Below, one piece after another: positions 1 to 11,005 of a stretch of 64,000 nucleotides of DNA. The notes under the pieces were generated by a model. The model did not search any database, was not told where the DNA came from, and saw only the letters and a list, made by a program, of their open reading frames with translations. This stretch comes from Scyliorhinus canicula (lineage: Eukaryota). Position 1 is the stretch's first letter. Every line of letters starts with the position of its first letter. Made by a program: the position numbers and the translations under genes. Location: NCBI RefSeq assembly GCF_902713615.1, contig NC_052153.1:9683569-9747568 (forward strand), given 5' to 3'.

Positions 1-210
1 GATTCCTGATTCCTTTTTCTTTTCCACCTTGGGAGGTTTTGTTTTATTTGATGCTTTCAGTGTCATGCGGGCCGTTGTTTGGGGGGTGGTGGGAGGATGG
101 GATAGTTGTTGTTAATAAGGGGATTGACATTGTATTCGTTACCGTTTACTGTTTGTTGGTGGGGTGTAAATTCTGAAGAAAATGGAGAATAAAAATATAT
201 ACAAAAAAAT
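1..210 (+). mobile_element. L1-like 3' UTR end
   Basis: Closely similar to 4190-4380 and 15950-16100; AATAAA with A tail. Confidence 0.75.
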
Positions 211-818
211 ATATACATCTTGGACGAAAACAAGTGACCCCAGAGAACTCCATTTAATATCTTCCCCAGTCTATACTTCTCATGAATACTGTTAAACCCA
301 ACATCTTATGCAGTTTCATGCACTACACTAGATATTTCCTTAGTTTAATCAGAAGATTTACAAAGAACTTCATTAATACAAGTTGTAAATTCAGCTTACA
401 CTATATGGAATTAACCATATAACCTGAAACTTATCAAGCCTACTTTCTGAAAAAAAAGCTAATAATCAAAATCTTCCCTTTCTAAAACCTGCCAGACACT
501 CAAGTTGAGTTTTTTTAAGGTATAATTCCAGCTTACTCCTTAGAACAGAGCCCACTACTTTGTACTTTAACGACAGTATCCACTGTTGCTGATTTGGTAA
601 AGCAGAGGGTGTTGAGAAACTGAGCCAGTGCTAGCCATGAGGCTTCAATGGCTGCTCCCAGAAATGATGCAAACCGGCCATTTTAAATGTAAATACTTAG
701 GCGATAAATACTCCACAAGACCATATAAAAACTCATGCTGGGAATAGCTTTGACTATATCATGCACCCATGAAAAATTTCACAACCATCTCCCCTCCTTA
801 GTTACAGTAGCCAAGTAC

Positions 819-943
819 CAATTGTTTTTTGAAGGGTTTCAAATTCCTCCTGCTGCTTGTGGTAGGAGCTCTGTTGAAGCTTTACAAGCAGTAGTTCTTC
901 CTCCTGAGATTTCAATTCACACTGCAGTTTCAACTCTCGGTAT
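819..943 (-). CDS. SMC2: SMC2 coding exon 16 (gene continues beyond left edge)
   Basis: [41 protein letters not shown]; 125 nt; AG/GT. Confidence 0.93.
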
Positions 944-1398
944 CTGCAAAGATTTGTGAAAAAGTTTACATTGTCGCACCAAACTATGGTATAGGAATAC
1001 AGAAAATTTAATTTACTGAATTGTTTCAGTCCAAATAAACAGATGTCTGCAGTGAACATTAAGTCTATTTTTTTTCTTGCTGATTGGTTAGGCATTTTCC
1101 TGCCTTTTCGTTGTACTGCTAAATTTTAATCTACAAAACTTCACCCCCACATACTTGGATTCTGAATCTAGCCAGCACAAACAACTTTTTTGCAGGAGTT
1201 CAAAGATATGCATATAAAAGGCAAGATTATTTCCAGTAGCCAGGTCACAGCCCCAGATTTACCACTCCCTCCTGGCTAGAATCAGCATGATTAATAACCA
1301 AGCTGCAGAACAATAACATTAGAAAAGGTAGAATCCAATAGGTCAGCACAGCTCAGGGAATGGGAAGTGAATGAAGCAGGATATTATTTCTGACTGTT

Positions 1399-1750
1399 GG
1401 GCAGCACGGTGGCACAGTGGTCAGCACAGTTGCTTCACAGCTCCAGGGTCCCAGGTTCGATTCCCTGCTTGGGTCACAGTCTGTGCGGAGACTGCACATT
1501 CTCCCAGTGTTTGCGTGGGTTTCCTCGGGTGCTCCGGTTTTCTCCCACAGTCCAAAGATGTGTGGGTTAGGTGGACTGGCCGTGCTAAATTGCCCTTAGG
1601 TGTTGAAAAAGGTTGGGTGGGGTTATTGGGTTACAGGGATAGGGTGGAGGTGTGGGCTTAAATGGGGTGCTCTTTCCAAGGGCTGGTGGAACCTCGGTGG
1701 GCCAAATGGCCTCCTTCTGCACTGCAAATTATATGTAAACTCTATGTATT
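1399..1750 (+). mobile_element. HE1-like tRNA-derived V-SINE with CR1-type tail
   Basis: Pol III A box TGGCACAGTGG, B box GGTTCGATTCC, V core, GGGCCAAATGGCC tail. Confidence 0.85.
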
Positions 1751-2304
1751 CATTCAGAATCAGAGGAAAGGAGCATCCCATTTTATAAAGTAACAACAGC
1801 CACTTGGCCTCACAAAGATCCTGTTGCCAACGACTTTCTGCAATAAACAGAGGGATAGAGGAAGAAGAAAAAAGCTCATTCTGTACTCTATAACACAGAT
1901 GCACGTTTGGGCTAAGGCAGAGGGATCCTTGGGGCAGGAATGGCTTGGTGGCAAAGGGAAGGTACAGTGAAAGGAGAAAATGAGCGAGACAGTTAATGTG
2001 ACAGGATGGTCACAATCATAACAGAGGCCCGTGGACTCTTCACACTCATTGAGGTTTGCGACTTCAAGACCAATTAATTCAGCTCTCATGCAGAATACTT
2101 AAGGTGACATCAGTCCTTTGCTGAGGGGCAATAATTTGTTTGAGGTATCCTCCTTTGGATGAGATATCAAACAGAAAAATAACAGAAAAAGTCAAATAAT
2201 TGTAACTAGTTCAAAGATAAATTGCTGGTTTATACTCCATAAGCATTCTAGGTAATCAAATAGGTAGAATAAAAATATTTTCAAAACCCAAGGAGCAGAC
2301 GTAC

Positions 2305-2440
2305 TTTTCCACAATATTTTTTAGGCTCTCCAGCTCTTTATTCACTTTCTGTAAGTTAGCTTGTTTAGATTTGAGCTCATCCTGGACATCTTTCAGCTCC
2401 TGGAGTTTAACCAACACTGAGACAGACTGCATTCGAGCAC
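2305..2440 (-). CDS. SMC2: SMC2 coding exon 15
   Basis: GARMQSVSVLVKLQELKDVQDELKSKQANLQKVNKELESLKNIVEK; 136 nt; phases match neighbours. Confidence 0.92.
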
Positions 2441-3372
2441 CTGATTAATAGAATTAATGCACAATGGGTCACAAATCACAAATGCCATTCATTGATCTTA
2501 CACAAGAGAACAAAAGAGCAATGTGTAAAAGCACATTCTGGTCTTCCGTAACCTACAAACTTCAATACAATTTGTCGAAACAAATAATGGAAGTATCCGG
2601 ATAATGTGCACATGAACCTACATTTGACCAGACTATCAGATTTTTGCTTGCGATACCATTCTACTGCACTGACACTAGTGGTTGCAAAAAGGGCATTCTT
2701 TGTCTTGGAGGTTTTTTGGTGTTTTTCTTTTGTCATAGAACATGAAGACCTAAATACTTATTCTGGGCCTAATTGATACTCAACAGCTCAAGGGAGGTTG
2801 ACAGGCGTCTGCATATTATAATCTCTGTGATTGTTGGGTCGTGTGTTTGAAAATATTTCTGCAGACAGGTACCAATTGGATTATTTATAGCAGAAATGGG
2901 CGGTTGGTGGGAGGGTACAGCCATTCAGCTCAACAACAAGCGTGCGGCAAAATCTTAATGTCATTTGCAGCTGCAGTTGTGCGGACACGCATTTAGGATC
3001 TTCTGAATGACTGATCATAAGACCATAAGACATAGGAGGAGAATTAGGCCACTCGGCCCATCAAGTCTGCTCCGCCATTCAATCGTGGCTGATATTATTT
3101 ATCATCCCCATTCTCCCGCCATCTCTCCACAAACCATAATCCCCTTATTAATCAAGAATCAATCGATCTCTGTCATCTACCGGTGTTGAGATACAGCAAA
3201 AACAAAGTTTATTCTGGTGCACTTGCAGAAGAGGATCTTGGGACAGTGCATCGGTGGCCAGCTTATTTCAAATCAAACGGTGATTCACGTTAGCGAGCCA
3301 CCATATAAAAGTACTTATTCGAGGTTCAGTTCAGTGCCTCTCAGAAAAAGCTCTTTTCTTATTCCAACAACT

Positions 3373-3585
3373 GGGCGGCATGGTGGCGCTGTGGTCATCA
3401 CTGCTGCCTATGGCGCTGAGGACCCGGGTTCGATCCCAGCCCTGGGTAACTGTCCGTGTGGAGTTTGCACATTCTCCCTGCGTCTGCGTGGTTCTCACCC
3501 CCACAACACAAAAGACGTGCAGGGTAGGTGGATTGGCCACGCTAAATTGCCCCCTAAATGGAAAAAAATAATTGGACACAATTTT
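3373..3585 (+). mobile_element. Short V-SINE
   Basis: A/B boxes, V core, AAATTGCCCC..GGAAAAAA tail. Confidence 0.8.
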
Positions 3586-3739
3586 AACACCCGGTCCCAG
3601 GGACAACGGAGGCTGAAAAAGCTGTAAGAAGGCACAGGGAGGAGAAATGTCCAAGTTTGGGAAATAAATGTCCCAAGTTTGGGAAAAAAACGGCCTTGTG
3701 TAATTTTATTTTTTCACTGCGTGCTGGTGTATGTACTAA

Positions 3740-4385
3740 ATGAGTCAACACTGTATATTTGGACAAGGGAAGAGTTGGGACTTTAATTTGCAATGATGGT
3801 TGTTTGGAGCTTGGGTGTGTATTCTGGGGTTGTGTGCTAACGGGGAGTTCTTGGTTTTCCTGGGGCCGGGCAAGGGGGAAGGAGACCCGGTCGGGGCCAC
3901 CACGCTGGCTGGTTTAAGCCGACCAATGAACGGGAGTGAGGTGGGGGGCAGGGGGCTGCGGCCATCGGAGCCTGGTAGAACAGGTTTCAGTGAGTCTAGC
4001 CGGGGTGAAAAGTTGGGGGAAGGAACAGAGGCTGGGGGGAGGAATTTACAAGAGGAAGTGGAGGGGAGTCTGGTGGGGGTCTACAATTCCTGGGTGTCAT
4101 TCACGGTACTGCTTTGGGGATTGGATGGCTTTGAATATTGGGGGGGGGGGGGGGCAGTATATATCTTAATGGTGACCATAGGCGATTCCCGATTCCTTTT
4201 TCTCCTTGGGAGGGTTTGTTTTATTTGATGCTTATATTGTCATGTGGGCTGTTGTTTGGGGGGGTGGTGGGAGGATGGGATCGGTGTTGTTAATAAGGGG
4301 ATTTACATTGTATTTGTTACCGTTTACTGTTTGTTGGTGGGGTGTAAATTTTGAAGAAAATGGAGAATAAAAATATTTTTTAAAA
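3740..4385 (+). mobile_element. L1-like 3' UTR fragment
   Basis: G-rich UTR ending in the same terminal 200 bp as 1-210; left boundary approximate. Confidence 0.7.
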
Positions 4386-4767
4386 GTCTGAAGTCAAAAA
4401 AGTGAACGAGATGGGATTTTACGACATTAGACCCGGGTTTAATGAATTCATATTTCACCATCTGCCATTGTGGGATTTGAACCTGGGTCCCTACAGTATT
4501 AACCCTTGGCTAACTAGTCCAGTGACAATACCTCTATGCAACTGCATAACAACATTTATCTGAATGCGGAGTGGTTAACAGCACATTGACCCTCTATTCT
4601 TTACAATCGGCACTCGAGTGGTCTGCAAATGCTGAACAAAAGGCAAACATCTAACCCAAAAATACTAACAATTTAGAGGCGAGTATAAAGCTGAAAAAGG
4701 GGAAAAAAGGCATTTTTTGCATCCATTCAGATACAATGCACAGCAGTGCAAAAATGGTTTGAGTTTT

Positions 4768-5075
4768 AATAATAATAATAATAATAATCTTTATTGTTAC
4801 AAGTAGGCTTACATTAACACTGCAATGAAGTTACTGTGAAAAGCCCCTAGTCGCCACACTCTGGCACCTGTTCGGGTACAGAGAGGGAGAATTCAGAATG
4901 TCCAAATTACCTAACAGCACATCTTTCGGGACTTGTGGGAGGAAACCGGAGCACCCGCAGGAAACCCACGCAGATACAGGGAGAATGCACAGGCAGCGAC
5001 CCAAGCCAGGAATTGAACCCGAGACCCTAGCGATGTGAAGCAACAATGCTAACCACTGTGCTACCATGCCACCCG
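4768..5075 (-). mobile_element. V-SINE with (ATT)n tail
   Basis: tRNA head; tail GTAAGCCTACTTGTAACAATAAAG(ATT)n. Confidence 0.82.
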
Positions 5076-5373
5076 TAAGCAATAGCTCTTGATTAAACTT
5101 GACTAAAGGAAATTTTCAGTCATTTAGTACTGGTTTGAGCATTATCTTGACCAACATAACATTATTCTTATTTAAATTCGTATCCGACTTTCATTACAAT
5201 CATGTTTCATCACTTTATGAAACCAGAAGTTTTTTTTGATCTTGTAGTGTACCAAACCGAGGCACTTTTAGTAAGGTTCCAGGATACATTTTCTCACCCA
5301 CATCATAAAAACGCAAACAACATGAGTAAAAAAAAAGATCAGCAATCTGTCCCAAATAGAGAAGCACTCTAAC

Positions 5374-5578
5374 CTCCACTTAACGTTCCCTGTGGGTCAA
5401 ATGTATCTCCACCAAGAGTAACCGTCTTTGTCATTATCCGAGGATCAAAGGTCACCTTCTTGGCATTATCCAAGCAGTCACATACTAACACAGATCCAAA
5501 AACGTACTCCATTGCCTTCTTTACTTCATGCTCATATCCAACCAGGGACAAGGCCACGTGCACATTGTCTGCACCCAC
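5374..5578 (-). CDS. SMC2: SMC2 coding exon 14 (hinge, GX6GX3GG)
   Basis: [28 protein letters not shown]...[17 protein letters not shown]; 205 nt. Confidence 0.96.
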
Positions 5579-6707
5579 CTAAAATAAAGAAACCAAAAAA
5601 AGAAATGAATTACAATCAGCTGTACAACAACTGCACTTTAGATCATGAATATAGATTTATAACCTACAGCATAATGTGCTTATCTAGCTTTTCTTAAATG
5701 CATTTATGCAATTCGCCCCAACGCCTCATTGTCGCACAGTCCACAACCGTACCACTCTCTGGGTAAAGAAGTGTTTTCTGAATTCTCTATTGGATATATT
5801 ACTGATTATCTTATATTTATATACTTACAGCTTCACACTCCCCCACAAGTGGAACCATTTTCTCTACGTCTAATTTATCATAATCAAACATACCCCAAAA
5901 AGAGCAAGAAACGTGTCGGAAACTGACTGGATTTTTCCTTTCAAAACGCCTTTTTTCTCCACAATGTGTATATATCACAGGCAATAAAAACAGCCAACGG
6001 ATGCTTTCTGGCAAAGCATGGTCCTATTCATTTACAATAATATACCAGAGTGGAGAGTATTGCAAGGTGAACACTAAGTTAGTTTCATCCTCGGAATCAC
6101 ACAGCACAGGTGGTGGTTATTCGGCCCATCATGCCTGTGCTAGCTCTTTGAAAGAGTTTCCCAATTGTCCCATTCCCTTCCCCATTCCCCTGCAACTTTT
6201 TCCCTTCCATGTATGTGTACAATTTTCTTGTGAAAGTTGTTCCTGAATCTGCTTCCACTACTTTAATCATACAGTGCAATCGCAATCATAACTCTGTGGA
6301 TGAACATTTCTACTCCTTTCCCCTCTGATCTATCCAAGAACGAGCAAACAAATTAAGAAAATTCATAAAACTACAAACTATCATACACAAAGTGTACCAG
6401 TCACAATTGACTGACACATTATTGCTAGTGCAAAAAAACTGCCTGGAAACCTTTAAACAACACTTGTCTGGCATCAACTATCACAATACTTATTGCTCCA
6501 CATATCTGAGTGTATCAAACAAACCCGATCAAGGTGATCACAGCAGTTACAATTAATCCGTCATACAGAATAGCTTTAAACTCAAACAGGTCTAAGATTA
6601 TTAAACATGTACCTGTTATTATGCAAAAGCACTCAGGCAAACAAGGGTAGAAGTACATGCAAAATCATTAAGCTCATAGTCCAAACATCTCAACATCCTG
6701 AGCTTAC

Positions 6708-6827
6708 CAGGTTTTTGGCAGTCTGAACAGTATTTTCATTAATGCATTTAGCAGAAATTTTGTTGAGTGGTACGATGGTGCATCTTCGTTTCAGCTCTCC
6801 TTTTTCTAAAAGCTTCTTGCCAGTCAT
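6708..6827 (-). CDS. SMC2: SMC2 coding exon 13 (hinge)
   Basis: [40 protein letters not shown]; 120 nt. Confidence 0.95.
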
Positions 6828-6961
6828 CTAAACAAAGAAATTTTGGAGGAAAATTACAGTCACTGGAGATCTAGGTGTGGAGATATGACAGCAGTCTTAG
6901 TTGAATTGACTCCAGAAACAGTGGCGTCTATCAAAAGGTATTATCTGTGCTAATCACTTAC

Positions 6962-7100
6962 CTCTGTGTCCACCACAACATTGTACAGACGACCTCCAGC
7001 AACCACTTCCAACGCTGTCGCTGTTGAGATATCTTTCACAGAGAGAAGTGTGACAACAAGCCCTTTCACACGATTAGAGTCCCAATTTTTTTCAGGATCC
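6962..7100 (-). CDS. SMC2: SMC2 coding exon 12 (hinge)
   Basis: [46 protein letters not shown]; 139 nt. Confidence 0.96.
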
Positions 7101-7189
7101 CTAAAAGTAAGTATTCCAGAATTTTGTTTTCAATTAGATTTTAAACGTCTTCAACAATAGATAGCAAGGCATTTAAAACGCCTGTACAC

Positions 7190-7870
7190 CAGAATCTGGA
7201 CGATTAAGCCATTTGGCCTATTGAATCTTCTCCGCCATTCAATATGATCATGGATCAGCTGATTATGGCCTCAACTCCACTTTCCTGTCTGTCCCCATTA
7301 ACTTTTTGTTCCTTTGTCGATCAAACATCTATCTAAATATATTCAATGACCCAAGCCTTCCCTGCTTTCTGAGTAAGAGAATTCCACTCTGAGGAAAAAA
7401 TAAATTTTCCTCAGCTCAATCTTAAATGCTTGGCCCTAATTTTTCCAATGGTGTCCTCTTGTTCTAGACTCCCCCCACATGGGGAAACATCCTCCCAGCA
7501 TTAGCCCTGTCAAGTCCCTTCAGAATTTTTATTTATTTTGATACAATCACCTCACACTTCCATGGGTTTAAGCCCATCATGTTTAATCTTTCTTCACAAG
7601 ATAATCGCTTCGTGCCAGGAGTTCTGGGAGTGGACCTTCTCTGAATTGCTTCCAATGAAATTATATCTTTTCTTAAGGAGACCAAAACTGCACACACTCA
7701 ACCAAATGTGGTTTAACAAAGCCCCTGCACAGTTGCAGCAAGACTTACATCCAATTCCTTTTGCAATAAATCCCAACATTCCCTTTGCCTTCCCGATCAC
7801 CTACTGTAACCTGCATAATATTTTGTAGATCACGTCTAACTGGACACTCGGATCACTCTACACCATATAG
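7190..7870 (-). mobile_element. Decayed CR1 3' fragment
   Basis: IGKAKGMLGFIAKGI; CR1-type tail. Confidence 0.65.
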
Positions 7871-8155
7871 TTCAACAGTCTTTCATCATTCAAATAATAT
7901 ACAGGCAGTGTCTTAAATCTGGCTATCCAAAAACCATCAACATCCGGAAAACTGACATATTCAAGCTGCCATGCATGAATTTAACAAGTAAAAAGAATGA
8001 CTGACTTGCTTGGCTAGACGTTATCTCGGCAAAGGTGCATCGTTTAGATAGGAGCTTTGCATGTCTGTCTTTTCCCATGCTCCAAGTGACTCATGGCCAG
8101 ACTGGGCCCAAATCGAAAACCAGCAAGATCTGAAATCCAACATGAATCCGTTCTA

Positions 8156-8375
8156 GGGCAGCAAGGTGGCGCAGTGATTAGCACTGCTGCCTCACGGCGC
8201 CGAGGTCTGGGGTTCGATCCAGGCTCTGGGTCACTGTCCGTGTGGAATTTCTCCCCATGTTTGCGTGGGTTTCGCCCCCACAACCCAAAGATGTCCAGGC
8301 TAGGTGGATTGGCCACACTAAATTGCCCCTTAATTGGAAAAAATGAATTGGGTACTCTAAATTTATTTTTTAAAA
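8156..8375 (+). mobile_element. Short V-SINE
   Basis: A/B boxes, V core, A-rich tail. Confidence 0.82.
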
Positions 8376-8768
8376 AGAACCCCGTTCTATGGTTGCTGGT
8401 TTTGAGACACTACCTGTTTTTCCTGCCAAAGTGGACAAGCTCACATTTTTCCCCACAGTATACTCCATCTTCCAAATTTTTAATTTTCTAAATCCCCCTG
8501 CAGGCTCTATGCCCTCTTCACAACTCACTTTCCTGTCGATCTTTGTGTCATCAGCAAATCTTGCAACCATATAAATTGATCCTTTCACCAAAAACTAATC
8601 AGTTCTTCCTCAGGCCAAGCTTCATTGAAATCTGTGTATTCGTATTTGATGCATATTGTTTACAAACAAAAAGACAGACTAACAGGGGCAAAACATTACA
8701 AATGCCACCTTCAGTGGCGCAAGTAATTGAGCACATAATTTATGTACATAATCGAGTACATATACAGC

Positions 8769-8957
8769 AGGGCTAGTTTAGCTCAGTGGGCTAGATAGCT
8801 GGTCAGCAGCGTGGGTTCAATTCCTGTACCAGCTGGGAATTCGGAATTCTCATGTACCCGGACAGGCTCCGGAATGTGGCGACAAGGGGCTTTTCACAGT
8901 AACTTCATTGCAGTGTTAATGTAAGCCTACTTGTGGCAATAAAGGATTGTTATTATC
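8769..8957 (+). mobile_element. SINE with a different tRNA head and the (ATT)n-type tail
   Basis: TAGCTCAGTGG / GGTTCAATTCC head fused to the tail seen at 4768, 18195, 58580. Confidence 0.75.
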
Positions 8958-9137
8958 ATTTCTACTGTATTTTAGAAAGATGTTAAATGAGCTGCAAAAT
9001 CAAATCCTGATATGTGAAGAATGCAAAAGTCAAACAAATCCACCAACTGATTTTTAAAAATGACACAATATAGATTGTTGAATTCCATAGGGCAGGGACT
9101 CACTTTGGGTACCTGGGGGTGCATGTTGCCCGGGAAA

Positions 9138-9171
<34 letters not shown>

Positions 9172-9228
9172 CTCCGCAGGTACAATATTTCTAGTTTGGT
9201 GGGGAGAGTGAAAGCTGATCTGGCAAGG

Positions 9229-9830
9229 GCAGCAGAGCAGAGCTACTGATCAGCTGTTCTGGGGAAATTTGCATACGTGCAGTGCGGTCAGCCTAAGTTG
9301 AAGGTGAATCTGCGAAGGGGACCCGAGGAGTTTGAGTGAAGGCAATCATCCAGCAGAGGGCAGCAGAGCAGAGCTACTGATCAGCTGTTCTGGGGAAATT
9401 TGCATACGTGCAGTGCGGTCAGCCTAAGTTGAAGGTGAATCTGCGAAGGGGACCCGAGGAGTTTGAGTGAAGGCAATCATCCAGCAGAGGGCAGCAGAGC
9501 AGAGCTACTGATCAGCTGTTCTGGGGAAATTTGCATACGTGCAGTGCGGTCAGCCTAAGTTGAAGGTGAATCTGCGAAGGGGACCCGAGGAGTTTGAGTG
9601 AAGGCAATCATCCAGCAGAGGGCAGCAGAGCAGAGCTACTGATCAGCTGTTCTGGGGAAATTTGCATACGTGCAGTGCGGTCAGCCTAAGTTGAAGGTGA
9701 ATCTGCGAAGGGGACCCGAGGAGTTTGAGTGAAGGCAATCATCCAGCAGAGGGCAGCAGAGCAGAGCTACTGATCAGCTGTTCTGGGGAAATTTGCATAC
9801 GTGCAGTGCGGTCAGCCTAAGTTGAAGGTG
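9229..9830 (+). repeat. Tandem array of 131-bp monomers (4.6 copies) in the CR1 5' UTR
   Basis: Apparently identical units starting at 9229, 9360, 9491, 9622, 9753. Confidence 0.97.
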
Positions 9831-10078
9831 GTTTGTGGAGAGGCTGTTGGCAAGTGACAGTTAAACCTGAAACACTTCGTGAGTGTTTCCCACCCTACCT
9901 CCTCCTCTAACCAACCCCCCCACCCCACGGTGGTTGGGAAGCGGGAGCAGGGGCCTGTCGTGAAGGTGAGTGAGTGCCTTTAATTTGCTTACCTTTGAGC
10001 GGGAGCAGGGTTTGAGGTAATATCAGGTAAGCTCTTCCTTTCTTTTTCTTTTTCTTGTTATTTTTAAATCTAGAGGTG

Positions 10079-11005
10079 ATGTCAGGGAAGGCAGTACAAT
10101 GCTCCTCCTGCAGAATGTTTGAGGTGAGGGACGCCGTCAGTGTCCCTGCTGATTTCATCTGTGGGAAGTGCACCCAACTCCAGCTCCTCAAAAACCGTGT
10201 TAGGGACCTGGAGCTTGAGCTGGATGAACTTCGGATCATTCGGGAGGCAGAGGGGGTCATAGATAGGAGCTTCAGGGAAATAGTTACACCAAAGACTGGA
10301 GATAGATGGGTAACTGTAAGAGGGACTGGGAAGAAGCAGTCAGTGCAGGGACCCCCTGCGGTCGTTCCCCTGAGTAACAAGTATACCGTTTTGGATACTT
10401 GTGGGGGGGACGACTTACCAGGGGTAAGCCATGGGGTACGGGCCTCTGGCACGGAGTCTGTCCCTGTTGCTCAGAAGGGAAGGGGGGAAAGGAGTAGAAC
10501 ATTAGTAATTGGGGACTCAATAGTCAGGGGCACAGATAGGAGATTTTGTGGGAGCGACAGAGACTCACGTTTGGTATGTTGCCTCCCAGGTGCAAGGGTA
10601 CGTGATGTCTCGGATCGTGTTTTCCGGGTCCTTAAGGGGGAGGGGGAGCAGCCCCAAGTCGTAGTCCACATTGGCACTAACGACATAGGTAGGAAAGGGG
10701 ACAAGGATGTCAGGCAGGCCTTTAGGGAGCTAGGATGGAAGCTCAGAGCGAGAACAAACAGAGTTGTTATCTCTGGGTTGTTGCCCGTGCCACGTGATAG
10801 TGAGATGAGGAATAGGGAGAGAGAGCAATTAAACACGTGGCTACAGGGATGGTGCAGGCGGGAGGGATTCAGATTTCTGGATAACTGGGGCTCTTTCTGG
10901 GGAAGGTGGGACCTCTATAGACAGGATGGTCTACATCTGAACCTGAGGGGCACCAATATCCTGGGGGGGAGATTTGTTAGTGCTCTTTGGGGGGGTTTAA
11001 ACTAA
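10079..11005 (+). CDS. CR1 ORF1p: zinc finger, leucine zipper, SGNH esterase (308 aa)
   Basis: CSSC...CGKC, heptad leucines, GDS (VIGDSIVRG), GxND (HIGTND), DxxH (DGLH); first ATG at 10079. Confidence 0.93.
   Translation: MSGKAVQCSSCRMFEVRDAVSVPADFICGKCTQLQLLKNRVRDLELELDELRIIREAEGVIDRSFREIVTPKTGDRWVTVRGTGKKQSVQGPPAVVPLSNKYTVLDTCGGDDLPGVSHGVRASGTESVPVAQKGRGERSRTLVIGDSIVRGTDRRFCGSDRDSRLVCCLPGARVRDVSDRVFRVLKGEGEQPQVVVHIGTNDIGRKGDKDVRQAFRELGWKLRARTNRVVISGLLPVPRDSEMRNREREQLNTWLQGWCRREGFRFLDNWGSFWGRWDLYRQDGLHLNLRGTNILGGRFVSALWGGLN

Noticed and set aside
1399-1470. tRNA gene
   Set aside because: The A/B boxes belong to a SINE head that continues into the V core; repeated many times in the window.
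1371-1661. Recurrent short ORFs such as MAQWLALLP... and GHAKLPL...
   Set aside because: Translations of SINE copies, not a gene family.
9138-9171. Long poly-G run (others near 4140, 15915, 49847, 62370)
   Set aside because: Homopolymer expansions, several inside TE sequence; length unreliable and no independent sign of function.
9229-9830. CRISPR-like array
   Set aside because: Units are identical head-to-tail with no unique spacers; eukaryotic LINE 5' UTR; no cas genes.
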